Assembly (NCBI GenBank): GCA_963762565.1
Contig: CAVXLD010000001.1
Coordinates: 928,001-992,000, forward strand
DNA length: 64,000 nucleotides
Source: an uncultured Verrucomicrobiae bacterium
GTDB lineage: Bacteria; Verrucomicrobiota; Verrucomicrobiia; Chthoniobacterales; JAFAMB01
Direction: 5' to 3'
In this document: piece by piece, positions 50,426 to 59,718 of the stretch
Position numbering within the stretch: the stretch's first letter is position 1
Layout: every line of letters begins with the position of its first letter
Made by a program: the position numbers and the translations under genes
The notes under the pieces: model-generated
The model's database searches: none
What the model was told of the DNA's origin: nothing
What the model saw: only the letters and a program-made list of their open reading frames with translations

Positions 50426-51253
50426 TTATCTGAGCCCGCATGCACGCCCGATCATAAACAACCCTGCCCCGATCACGACGACTCCTATGCCTCGAGCGAC
50501 ACGCTCGCCGGAAGGTGCGAAACGTTCAGCGGTGATGGCTACGGTCACAGCCGCCATCGTCCGCAGATCCATAACTCCGATGACGAGAAGGATCGTCATC
50601 AAGCCGGCACAGCAATAGCAGCAGTGGAGGCCTAGCTGAAGGCCGTGCCGCCAAGCCGTGCCGGCGTCCGCTTGAAACTGAAAGCGACACTTGGGTGTGC
50701 CCCGGCAACAAGCTAGATAGTGTGCCTTCAAGGGTGTGAACTGGAACACGCCGGCGATCAGGACAACAACAGCAACCGCGAGTGGAACTGCGCGCGACAG
50801 CGCTGGCAGCTGCATCTCAAGCTCCGCCGCTGCGACGCCGACCGGAAAGGTGACTATCCCGCACACGGTCCAAACAAAGAAGTAACCAACGCCCACCAGG
50901 AAGGTTAGCCAACCCCGGCGTTTTTCGCCCCTCGTGTCCACGGCCCGGCGGTAGCGCCAAAGCATCGGCACCAAGCACGGCAGCATCATCGCTACCATCA
51001 TCACGACCCACATGCCCAGGAATGACGCTCCAACGCCGAGCCACGTCTGCCCGGGCATTCGCATCCACGCCATCGACATCGACCAACCACCCGGCATCGA
51101 CATCTCGCCCATCGTCGACATCGAGGCGCACCAGACGATCGTTACCAACGCGCTGGCAGCGAATACCAGCGCCGAGAAGCCGAAGAAGGCTCGCTGGCCA
51201 ACCACGTTCTGTGAAGCCCGATACCAGGAGGTGGCCTTAAAAATGTCTTCCAT
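50426..51253 (-). CDS. DUF2182 predicted metal-binding membrane protein
   Basis: Met-rich loop, MWVVMMVAMMLP, YFFVW, QFTPLK..L.CC and GLHCCYCC motifs. Confidence 0.88.
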   Translation of the reverse strand: MEDIFKATSWYRASQNVVGQRAFFGFSALVFAASALVTIVWCASMSTMGEMSMPGGWSMSMAWMRMPGQTWLGVGASFLGMWVVMMVAMMLPCLVPMLWRYRRAVDTRGEKRRGWLTFLVGVGYFFVWTVCGIVTFPVGVAAAELEMQLPALSRAVPLAVAVVVLIAGVFQFTPLKAHYLACCRGTPKCRFQFQADAGTAWRHGLQLGLHCCYCCAGLMTILLVIGVMDLRTMAAVTVAITAERFAPSGERVARGIGVVVIGAGLFMIGRACGLR

Positions 51254-51280
51254 AGTGCTACTAGCAGCTAACAGCCGCAG

Positions 51281-52024
51281 TTAATCCTCGTATCTATCGT
51301 GGTAATGCAACCAGGCCATCGGCCAGTCCAGCTCAGCCTCATCTCGTCCCTTGGGAACTAAATCGAGATAATTATAGGCCGTATTCAGGGTGTCGATCCC
51401 GCGAGTATAGGTCGAATAGGTGTGATAAATGCTCCCGTCTTCGCCCTTGTAAAAAACGCTCACCCCCGGCAAATCTGGCGAGCCTGTGTCGGAGCCAGTC
51501 CAGTAGTTTTGGACATGCTTCGCATAGTTGTACTCAACTTCACCCTTCAGCTCTTCGGGAGTAAACGAAACATGATAGTCATAGTTGAAATCATTGTTAG
51601 CGGACGACACCCAGTTGAAGTTCCAGCCCATTCGTCGCTTGAACGCTTCTAGCCTTTCCGACGGCGCCCGCGAGATCGCTATCATGGTTACATCTCGATG
51701 ATTCAGATGAATACCGATCGGGTTGAAATTATCAGCCCAGAACGAGCAACTAGGGCATCCCTCTTCCCAGTCCGGCGCAAACATGAAATGATAGACTAAC
51801 AATTGGCTTCTGCCCTCAAACAGTTCAGCCAGGCTCATCTTTCCGGCCGGCCCATCAAAAACATAATCCTTTTCTACCTTAACCCAGGGTAATTCCCGGC
51901 GCTGCCGGCTCAATTGATCGCGGAGACGTGTGAACTCCTTTTCTTGGGTCAGAAGCTGTCTTCTTGCCTCGATCCAGTCGTTCTGCGAAACGACCTTGTG
52001 TTTATTTAGCTCTGTCTTAGTCAT
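51281..52024 (-). CDS. DUF899 thioredoxin-like protein
   Basis: EKEFTR.RD..RRELPWV, YHFMF..GCPSCS, RMGW and PKGRDE..HD.Y motifs. Confidence 0.9.
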   Translation of the reverse strand: MTKTELNKHKVVSQNDWIEARRQLLTQEKEFTRLRDQLSRQRRELPWVKVEKDYVFDGPAGKMSLAELFEGRSQLLVYHFMFAPDWEEGCPSCSFWADNFNPIGIHLNHRDVTMIAISRAPSERLEAFKRRMGWNFNWVSSANNDFNYDYHVSFTPEELKGEVEYNYAKHVQNYWTGSDTGSPDLPGVSVFYKGEDGSIYHTYSTYTRGIDTLNTAYNYLDLVPKGRDEAELDWPMAWLHYHDRYED

Positions 52025-52226
52025 ATCGTCATTTCTGTTATTGGTTGGTGTTCGGTGGATAGAATAGTATCGGAAATTGAACGCTGAGAGTGACAAGTGT
52101 GGCGGGATTAGGACGGATGCTAAGAAACGCCGGCATCGCCGCGAACGGGAACCGAACGCGACAGCGTCGGATAGGATGCCGCGCTCGGTTGCCGACCGTC
52201 GCGATCAGCAGACTGATTCTTCGGTC

Positions 52227-53435
52227 ATGACCGACGCAGCGCGTGCGCTCGCGCTGGGTGACTACATAGGTGCATTGAACCGGGTGGCCTTACGTGACGA
52301 CGCGCCTGCGCTAGCCCTTCGAGGCATCGCGATGGCGCAACTCGGCGATCTCGTTCGAGCGAAGGCGCTCTTGCGGAGTGCGGCCCGGCGCTTCGGTCCG
52401 AAAGAGGCTTTGGCCCGTGCGAGATGTATCGTCGCTGAGGCGGAGATCGCCCTTGTCACCCGTGACTTGAGCTGGCCGGCAAAGACATTGGAGGCTGCTC
52501 GCGCGACGCTGGAAGAGCATGGTGATCGAGCGAACACCGCGCACGCCTGGCATCTCCAGGTGAGGCGCCTGCTCTTGGTCGGACGCCTCGATGAGGCCGA
52601 GCGTCTGCTTGCGGAGCTCGACCCCGAGCCTTTCCCGCCTGCATTGAGGACTGTCCATGAGCTGATCGTTGCGGGCATCGCGTTGAGACGTCTTCAAACA
52701 AAGGCGGCACGACTTGCGTTGGCTCGAGCCCAGCGCGCTGCACATCGTGCAGGTATCCCAGCGCTGACCGCCGAGGTCGAAACCACGTCACTTGTTCTCG
52801 ACACACCCGCGGCGCGCTTGATTAAGCGTGGCGAGGAGCGACTCCTCTTGCTTGAGGAGGTCGAGGCGTTACTGAGATCGGAGGCGCTGGTCGTGGACGC
52901 CTGCCGTTATGTTGTGCGAGGTGCCAGCACGATCGTCTCGCTCGCCAGGCGACCTGTGCTATTTGCGCTGGCACGCACGCTAGCTGAAGCATGGCCGGGA
53001 GACGTCTCGAGAGGTACGCTCGTTGCCCGGGCCTTCGGGGGGAAACGCGCCGACGAATCGCATCGCGCCCGTTTGCGAGTCGAAATCGGACGGCTGCGCA
53101 GACTGCTTCGGACACTGGTAGGCGTGAGCGCCACAATGCGAGGGTTTGCCCTTGTGCCCCGGCGCAGACGAGAGGTTGTTGTGTTGGCGCGGCCTGTCGA
53201 AGAAGAGCACGCGGCCGTACTCGCCTTCCTCGCCGACGGCGAGTCGTGGTCGAGCTCGGCCTTGGCGTTTGCCCTCGGAGCCAGCCAACGCACTGTTCAG
53301 CGCGCCCTCGACTCCCTCACGACCGCCGGCAAAGTTCAATCGTTTGGTCGTGGACGGGCACTGCGTTGGGTGACCCCGCCGGTGCCAGGATTCACGACGA
53401 CCTTGTTACTCCCGGCTCCACTACCGATTGACTAG
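52227..53435 (+). CDS. Helical-repeat protein with C-terminal helix-turn-helix domains (putative regulator); start uncertain
   Basis: Ala/Leu-rich helical N-part; winged-helix-like RLRVEIGRLR and WSSSALA.ALGASQRTVQRAL. Confidence 0.75.
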   Translation: MTDAARALALGDYIGALNRVALRDDAPALALRGIAMAQLGDLVRAKALLRSAARRFGPKEALARARCIVAEAEIALVTRDLSWPAKTLEAARATLEEHGDRANTAHAWHLQVRRLLLVGRLDEAERLLAELDPEPFPPALRTVHELIVAGIALRRLQTKAARLALARAQRAAHRAGIPALTAEVETTSLVLDTPAARLIKRGEERLLLLEEVEALLRSEALVVDACRYVVRGASTIVSLARRPVLFALARTLAEAWPGDVSRGTLVARAFGGKRADESHRARLRVEIGRLRRLLRTLVGVSATMRGFALVPRRRREVVVLARPVEEEHAAVLAFLADGESWSSSALAFALGASQRTVQRALDSLTTAGKVQSFGRGRALRWVTPPVPGFTTTLLLPAPLPID

Positions 53436-53444
53436 TATAGAGGA

Positions 53445-54074
53445 ATGAAACGATCAACGGCAGAAATTGTTCGTGAATACGGTCCCTTTCCAGACGTCGA
53501 CCAAGTGAATGGGGTTACCTATGACGGCAAGCAAGTCTGGATGGCAGTTGGAGAGAAGCTTAGTGCCTTCGATCCATCGACTGGGAAGACGGGGCGCTCG
53601 ATTCCCGTCGCCGCGACTGCGGGAACGGCCTTCGACGGCCAATACCTCTATCAGATCGCCGAAGACCGAATCCAGAAAATCGATCCGAAGACCGGTCAAC
53701 TGCTGGCGACAATACCGACACCCGGCAGCGGTTGTTCAGGCCTAGCGTGGGCCGAAGGTTCGCTGTGGGTGGCGCTGTACGAGGAGCGCAAGATCTATCA
53801 AATCGATCCGCAAACCGGTGAGGTTCTTCGCGCCATCGAGACTGCGCGCTTCGTCACCGGCGTCACCTGGATCGACGGAGAGCTCTGGCATGGCTCATGG
53901 GACGATGACGGAAGTGATTTGAGACGACTCGATTCTAAAACGGGAAAGGTTCTTGAGAGTATCGAGATGCCTCCGGGCGTAGGCGTGTCGGGCCTCGAGT
54001 CTAATGGCAGCGACCTCTTCTATTGCGGAGGAGGAAGTAGCGGAAAGCTGAGAGCGATCCGCAGGCCCAAATGA
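53445..54074 (+). CDS. Glutaminyl-cyclase-like / small beta-propeller protein
   Basis: Repeated blades GVTYDG..W, GTAFDG, GLAWAEG.LW, GVTWIDGELW with IDP.TG linkers. Confidence 0.75.
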   Translation: MKRSTAEIVREYGPFPDVDQVNGVTYDGKQVWMAVGEKLSAFDPSTGKTGRSIPVAATAGTAFDGQYLYQIAEDRIQKIDPKTGQLLATIPTPGSGCSGLAWAEGSLWVALYEERKIYQIDPQTGEVLRAIETARFVTGVTWIDGELWHGSWDDDGSDLRRLDSKTGKVLESIEMPPGVGVSGLESNGSDLFYCGGGSSGKLRAIRRPK

Positions 54075-54087
54075 AGCGTCAGGCTTC

Positions 54088-54186
54088 AAAATGACAAATG
54101 ACAAATGACAAATGACAGATGACAAATCGCTGGCCCCACTCTCCTGAGGCGTTACATTTGTCATTTGTGATCTGTCATTTGTCATC
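54088..54186. repeat. Inverted (ATGACAA)n / (TTGTCAT)n heptamer arrays
   Basis: Read directly. Confidence 0.85.
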
Positions 54187-54230
54187 CTGGACCGGTCACA
54201 AATCCGTTACAGATTTGTGAGTGGTCCAGG

Positions 54231-54821
54231 TCAATCCATCGGCGTCAGGAAATGATCCCAATCCCTGACGTTGTGAGCATTCCGAATAAAGTAAGTAACC
54301 GGCAACTCCCGAGGAGATTGCGGTTTCTTTGCCAGCTTTAGGCCGACTTCGTCCGGTAGACGGTTCCCTTTAAGGCTGTTGATCTTCTTGTCAGCCAGAA
54401 CGCAATTCTCCCAAGTGGTCGTCCCGCCTCGTGACCGGGGAACGACGTGATCAATATTGCCCTCGTGCGGCCCAAGCTTTTTACCGGTGTACTGGCATTT
54501 TCCCCCATCTCTTTCCCAAATCCCTCGGGCGGAGAGTTTTGGCCGGCGCTTCGGTACCTTGTTGTAGCGAGCCAAGACCAGCACCGTTGGCACCCGAACC
54601 AGACCTCGCACGGTACGAACAGCGTTATCTTGTTCCCGAGTCTCCAGTTCTAGCCACTCGATCCAACGAACGGGTCGCATATCCCCAGTACCTTCGATGT
54701 CCAGGGCGGTGGCGTTTCCGTTCGCCATCATGCAAAATGCTTGTGCAGGTGTTTTTACATCGATAGCCTGCCAGTTCCGATTCAGCACCAGAACCGTCGA
54801 TTTGTATAGGACGTCGTTCAT
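54231..54821 (-). CDS. HNH endonuclease (McrA-like)
   Basis: VLVLN, RD..CQYTG, IDHVVPRSRGG..WEN and N..KG motifs. Confidence 0.9.
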   Translation of the reverse strand: MNDVLYKSTVLVLNRNWQAIDVKTPAQAFCMMANGNATALDIEGTGDMRPVRWIEWLELETREQDNAVRTVRGLVRVPTVLVLARYNKVPKRRPKLSARGIWERDGGKCQYTGKKLGPHEGNIDHVVPRSRGGTTTWENCVLADKKINSLKGNRLPDEVGLKLAKKPQSPRELPVTYFIRNAHNVRDWDHFLTPMD

Positions 54822-54921
54822 GCCGTCGCCTCAACCATTTGATTTGTCGGTCGCCCGATTGCGACAGACTTATGCTTCAAAATTCAACAATTGTCTAGCG
54901 AGACGGCGCCCGCCGTCTTGC

Positions 54922-55031
54922 TATGACAAATTACAAATGACAAATGACAAATAGCTTCCGCCACGGTTATTGTGCACCTCTCTCACTACCAATCTGTCAT
55001 TTTCGATCTGTCATCTTGTCATCTGTCATTT
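54922..55031. repeat. Second inverted (ATGACAA)n / (CTGTCAT)n array pair
   Basis: Read directly; abuts the start of the PHP gene. Confidence 0.85.
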
Positions 55032-55033
55032 CC

Positions 55034-55816
55034 ATGCGTTGCGATTGTGATTACCACACCCACCCACAGGGCCACGCGGTCCGTCCCTACACGATCGAGC
55101 TCCTGCAACCCTGGATCGATCGATGCCGGGAGCGAGGTATCGAAAGTATAGCGTTCACAGATCACGACCGGTACCGCGAAGGGGTCGACTTCGATGTGGT
55201 CGATCGGTTGCGAGAGATGAATCCTGGCCTTGAGATTTTGCAGGGGATTGAATTGGACAATGATCCCGTAACCGGCAAAGGCGGGCTGGGGTGGGTCGAA
55301 ACCCATTGGGATCGTCTCGATTTTGTGCTCGGCTCGGTCCATTATTTGCCGGGCGCAAACCGGATGTTCGATGGAGCCGATCAAGCCGGCCAATTGCATT
55401 CGCTGGGTTTCGAACGCGCGTATGAGGGATACCGGTCGCAACTTGAGGCATTGATGGAGCGAGGACACATCGATTGTCTGTCGCACTTGGATCTAATAAA
55501 GATTCATGGACTCGCGCCGAACACCTACGAACCCGAGCAGTTTTTTGGACCGATCCTTCGGGAGATAGCTAAACGCGGGCTGGCCATGGAAATCAATACC
55601 GCGGGTTGGAGGAAGCCGGTCAGCGAACAATACCCGGCCGAATCGATCTTGCGCGCGGCCCTAGCCCTGAACATCCCTATCACGATCTCATCGGATGCGC
55701 ATTCATTTGCGCAGGTCGCCGAGGATTATGCGAGGCTCGAACAACTGTTGGAGCGGGTCGAACTGGAAAAGCCGGCGAGGTTCCGGCGGCATCAGGCTGG
55801 AGTGGCCCAGCGATAA
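55034..55816 (+). CDS. PHP-family histidinol-phosphatase (HisJ-like)
   Basis: DYHTH, TDH, GIELD, DFVLGSVH, HLDLIK, EINT and SDAH motifs. Confidence 0.85.
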   Translation: MRCDCDYHTHPQGHAVRPYTIELLQPWIDRCRERGIESIAFTDHDRYREGVDFDVVDRLREMNPGLEILQGIELDNDPVTGKGGLGWVETHWDRLDFVLGSVHYLPGANRMFDGADQAGQLHSLGFERAYEGYRSQLEALMERGHIDCLSHLDLIKIHGLAPNTYEPEQFFGPILREIAKRGLAMEINTAGWRKPVSEQYPAESILRAALALNIPITISSDAHSFAQVAEDYARLEQLLERVELEKPARFRRHQAGVAQR

Positions 55817-55859
55817 TGCAACCTGTGTACCTGCCGGAACCGCGCTGGGTTTCTCAACG

Positions 55860-55929
55860 GATGGGACTTATACGACTTATGGGACTGATATGACGACCCA
55901 TAGGTCCCATTAGTCCTATAGGTCCCATC
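55860..55929. repeat. Inverted 9-mer arrays between convergent genes
   Basis: gatgggacttatacgacttatgggact ... cccataggtcccattagtcctataggtcccatc. Confidence 0.8.
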
Positions 55930-55966
55930 CGCTCCCGGAGCCCACAGCGGCGCTCACCTCGAGCCT

Positions 55967-57124
55967 CTACCGTAGCTCATCATTGAGCAGCTTTAGCATG
56001 GTGAACAACAGCAACGACCGCTCCACCAAGCTTTCGGAAGTCAGGAACTCCTTCTCGCTATGGATGGCGCCGCCCCTGGCGCCTAAGTTATCAAGATTCG
56101 GTAATCCCTGTTGCGCCAACCGATTCCCGTCGCAGGTGCCACCCGTTGGCTTCGCATTGAGGTCGATCCCGATTTGGGCTGCAGCCCGTTGAGCTTGGGT
56201 GATGAGCCACGAAATCTCGGGAGTCATCATTTTCGGCGGCGCTGTGAATTGCCCGCCGAGTTCGATTCGATACCGGTCTCCGTCTTGCAACGAGACTCGC
56301 AGCCGCTCCAGTTCGCGCTTAAGCCAATCTTCGTCCTCCCGAGACGTAGTACGAACGTTGAGCTGACAGGTTGCTAGATCGGGGACCACATTGGTCGCCT
56401 CGCCTCCCGAAACGATGGCCGGGTTCAAAAAAACAGTGGACCGCTGCTCGTTGAGTCGCTGGCAGGCCAAGATAAACTGGGCCAGCGGAACGAGCGCGTT
56501 TCTGCCAGCCGTCGGATTTCGGCCGCTGTGAGCCGCCTTTCCCAGAGCTTTAAATGTAAACGTGCCAGACCCTTTTCGCGTAGACGCCAGCGACCCATCT
56601 TCGAGCGCCGGCTCGAACCCGAAACCAAATCGATGTTTCTTTGCTTCAGCCGCAAACACCTCGGAAGAGATTGGTGAGCCAATTTCTTCGTCCGAATTGA
56701 TAATGATCGTCCACCCAAAGTTCTTGTCCGGGACGAATCGTTCGAAAGCCGACAAGCCGCAGCGCAAGATCGCCAAGCCGCCCTTCATGTCGCAAACGCC
56801 GGGACCGCGTATCTCGTCTGCCGCGAGCTTGGCCTGTTGCAACGGATGTTCGGGGCTATAGACGGTATCGAGGTGACCGAAGAAAAGCACCTGCTGGGCG
56901 GCCTGATTGCGTTTCCGAAAGATGGCGATTGGCCCGCCGTCGGCTTTGTCCGGGTGTAAAAGCTCCGAGAAATCGGGGTCGGTCTTTTGAAAATCGGCAT
57001 AGATGACCTTGGCCGCGGAATAGAGGCCGGGAATGTTTCGACTGCCTGAATTGATATCCGACCAAACCAAAACCCGCTGAATCAGCTCGGTCCGCTGCGC
57101 GTTGATCCATTCGTTCGCCGTCAT
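55967..57124 (-). CDS. M20 family metallo-amidohydrolase (ArgE/carboxypeptidase G-like)
   Basis: GHLDTV, GPGVCDMKGG, DEEIGS, AAHSGR and IHS motifs. Confidence 0.88.
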   Translation of the reverse strand: MTANEWINAQRTELIQRVLVWSDINSGSRNIPGLYSAAKVIYADFQKTDPDFSELLHPDKADGGPIAIFRKRNQAAQQVLFFGHLDTVYSPEHPLQQAKLAADEIRGPGVCDMKGGLAILRCGLSAFERFVPDKNFGWTIIINSDEEIGSPISSEVFAAEAKKHRFGFGFEPALEDGSLASTRKGSGTFTFKALGKAAHSGRNPTAGRNALVPLAQFILACQRLNEQRSTVFLNPAIVSGGEATNVVPDLATCQLNVRTTSREDEDWLKRELERLRVSLQDGDRYRIELGGQFTAPPKMMTPEISWLITQAQRAAAQIGIDLNAKPTGGTCDGNRLAQQGLPNLDNLGARGGAIHSEKEFLTSESLVERSLLLFTMLKLLNDELR

Positions 57125-58464
57125 TTCTGGAATGAATAGATGGAGCCGAGCCCAAGGATCTGAGTTAGCTTATCCAGGGCGGTTTGGATCTCCCTCAGCA
57201 ATACTGGTTCGCGAACGTCCGATAACGAGAGAGACTCGCGGTAATAGCGTTTCACCCAGGACGTCAATTCGTTGAAAAGCTGCTCGGAAAAGAATAACCC
57301 CGGCGGAATAGCACACTGCTCTTCCTGGTTCAAAACGACTCGAGTGCGCAGACAAGCGGGTCCGCCTCCGTTCTGCATACTCTCGCGAAGATTTAGAAAC
57401 AACACATCGGCGAGCGCGGCATCCGCACCTTTCACGAGGTCCGCAATGACTGAGCGCACCCTAGGATTTTCCTCGGACTCGGTCGGGGCTACCATCACCA
57501 GCCGACCATCACTGCGAGTGACGATCTGCGAATTAAAAAAATAAGATTCGACCGCGTCTGCTAAGGAAAACTCTTTGATCTCGATTGCCCGCAGACTTCG
57601 ATGCTGAGCCTCCCCGAACACTTTTTCTAGGCGACCTAGAACCATCGGACCGTCGGCAAATGCATCGGCATGATAGAGGAACAACGACCCGTGACCGGTT
57701 GAGATCACGTCGTTATGAAACACACCCGCGTCGATCGCCGCAGGAGATTGACGCGCGAAAACCACGGTATCTTCAGGAAGTTGGTGTAAACGGGCGATGG
57801 CTTGGCAAGCCTCGAAAGTCTGGCGTTGAGGGTAGTGGGTAAGCGGGTTGGATCCAAAATACTCTTTGCCATAAACAAATAGATGCACCCCCAGCCCTCC
57901 CTCAGGGCCAACCAATCGGACGTGGTTCGCCGCCCCTTCATCACTAAAAGCGACTGTCTTTGGGAGCGGCGGATGGTGTTTGAACAAGGTGAAATTAGGA
58001 AAGATCTTTTTGAGCAAAGCAGCAGTTTCGTCTGCCTCTAACGAACGATGCAAGTTCGATATCAGGTTGGCCGGAGTTACATGCATGCACCCATCACGCG
58101 AATCGCAGCTAGGCGCGAACATGGCTGCATTCGCAGCCCACATACCGGAAGCCGAGAAGGCCGCCGACAAAAGTGAAGGACTATGGCGAAACGCTTCTTC
58201 AATAATCTGTTGATCGCCGCCCATAAATCCGGCTCGTCTCAATAGATCAACACGAGGCCGGTAAAGTGGAGGGAGGATCGCTTGACCTACTCCCATCCCG
58301 GCGAGAACCCGCATTTTTTCCAGGCCTTGTAACGCTGCCAAGCGAGGGTGTGAAATCTGGAAGCGATGGCCGACAGATGCACGATTTCCTTCTGCTAATC
58401 CGCCGTAGTGATGGGTCGGCCCAACCAGTCCGTCAAAATTGAATTCTCGATAAGCCAAAGTCAC
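57121..58464 (-). CDS. astB: N-succinylarginine dihydrolase
   Basis: EFNFDGLVGPTH.Y.GL..GN.AS, MWAANAA, DEGAANH, GVFHNDVI and ESMQNGGGPACLR motifs. Confidence 0.95.
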   Translation of the reverse strand: MTLAYREFNFDGLVGPTHHYGGLAEGNRASVGHRFQISHPRLAALQGLEKMRVLAGMGVGQAILPPLYRPRVDLLRRAGFMGGDQQIIEEAFRHSPSLLSAAFSASGMWAANAAMFAPSCDSRDGCMHVTPANLISNLHRSLEADETAALLKKIFPNFTLFKHHPPLPKTVAFSDEGAANHVRLVGPEGGLGVHLFVYGKEYFGSNPLTHYPQRQTFEACQAIARLHQLPEDTVVFARQSPAAIDAGVFHNDVISTGHGSLFLYHADAFADGPMVLGRLEKVFGEAQHRSLRAIEIKEFSLADAVESYFFNSQIVTRSDGRLVMVAPTESEENPRVRSVIADLVKGADAALADVLFLNLRESMQNGGGPACLRTRVVLNQEEQCAIPPGLFFSEQLFNELTSWVKRYYRESLSLSDVREPVLLREIQTALDKLTQILGLGSIYSFQK

Positions 58465-59483
58465 CTCGGGATAAAAATGACGCGACTGCCAACCTTGAGC
58501 CGGAGCCGCTCCGCGATTCTTGGTTCGATGGCAACACTTATTCCGTCAAGGGACTCGACTTCGGCCAGACACGCCCGAAAGTCCAAGGCAGCGTGGCCAA
58601 TTAAACAAACCGAACCCCTACTCAACGCGCGGACTTCACCGACTTGCGCGGTAGCCGCTTCGCGGATGGCCTTGATTTCAGACCGATGCGCGATCACCAA
58701 TGGCCCACCGTCGAAAATGTCGACCTCATCGGATCTACCGAATCCCTGGTTGAGCAAAATCCGAAGAGCAGGTTCCGCGTCCCGATGCACTCTTCCGATA
58801 ACCGCTTGCGCCGCCAACGGCAGCATCGCCGCATAAATCGGGTACTTCGGCATCAGGTCGCGAATGAAATCCTTTTGACCGCTTCCACTCAAAAAGTCGG
58901 CTTGAGCGAAAGTCTGGGAAAAAAAGTGGCGCCCAATCGATTCCCAAAACGGCGATAGACCTTGCTCGTCAGTGAACCCGCGCATCTCGGCAATGACTCG
59001 ATCGTCAAACCGTTTAGGGAATGCAGCCATAAAGAGGAATCGGGCAAGCGACAACAATTGGCCCAGTCCTGCCCGGCGAAAGGTTGGCTTTAGACAAAGG
59101 CTGCCGACTTCAGAGGGCCCTTTGTGGTCGAGCTTCAAATGAAGCACATCCAATTCGCGATCAATGCCGAGCGGAGGGTGAGAAAATCGCTCTTTGCGCA
59201 CCTCGTAAGTGTAAAACGGATCGAAACCGCCTACTCGGGCGATAATGCCGGAGGTTCCGGCGATCTCTCCAGTGTCGCATTCTTCCAGCACAAACAGATA
59301 ATGATCGCCACCCGCCTTTTTTATTCGGTAATCGAAGGAACGTTGGGAATGATTGATCAAGTCTTCGAGCGCCGATTCCTCTGCCGGAAGCGAAGTCATC
59401 CCGTCCGTAATGGAGGTCGCCACGCCTTTTAACCCTGACAGGTCCTTGTCTTCTACTGGCCGAAGTACAAAATCGGGAAGCAT
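58461..59483 (-). CDS. astA: Arginine N-succinyltransferase
   Basis: TSLP, YLFVLE, LLSLARFLF, AEMRG..SPFW, LMPKYPIY and DIFDGGP motifs. Start placed at MLPDF. Confidence 0.93.
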   Translation of the reverse strand: MLPDFVLRPVEDKDLSGLKGVATSITDGMTSLPAEESALEDLINHSQRSFDYRIKKAGGDHYLFVLEECDTGEIAGTSGIIARVGGFDPFYTYEVRKERFSHPPLGIDRELDVLHLKLDHKGPSEVGSLCLKPTFRRAGLGQLLSLARFLFMAAFPKRFDDRVIAEMRGFTDEQGLSPFWESIGRHFFSQTFAQADFLSGSGQKDFIRDLMPKYPIYAAMLPLAAQAVIGRVHRDAEPALRILLNQGFGRSDEVDIFDGGPLVIAHRSEIKAIREAATAQVGEVRALSRGSVCLIGHAALDFRACLAEVESLDGISVAIEPRIAERLRLKVGSRVIFIPR

Positions 59484-59524
59484 CGATGAATCTTGGCGTT
59501 GAGGATCGGAGAGTTCAAGGAGAA

Positions 59525-59710
59525 GGGGACGCCACCCGTGGAGCGCTGCCTCGCTTGCGAGGCCGTGGTGAGCAGGGATGAATCGTGCGGCCCGCTTCTG
59601 TGGAACAGAGGCATCTGACGTAGAGCGCTGACAAGGAAGGGCTGCGCCTCGCGATTTCCCTTGCTCACCACGGCCTCGCAAGCGCGGCGCGCTCCACGGG
59701 TGGCGCCCCC
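59525..59710. repeat. Family C copy 2
   Basis: CGCCACCCGTGGAGCGCTGCCTCGCTTGCGAGGCCGTGGTGAGCAGGG ... CCTTGCTCACCACGGCCTCGCAAGCG..GCGCTCCACGGGTGGCG. Confidence 0.9.
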
Positions 59711-59718
59711 TACCAGGC

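Noticed and set aside
54088..54186. Short repeat arrays as a possible CRISPR array
   Set aside because: Units are 7-10 bp and contiguous, with no unique spacers and no cas genes.
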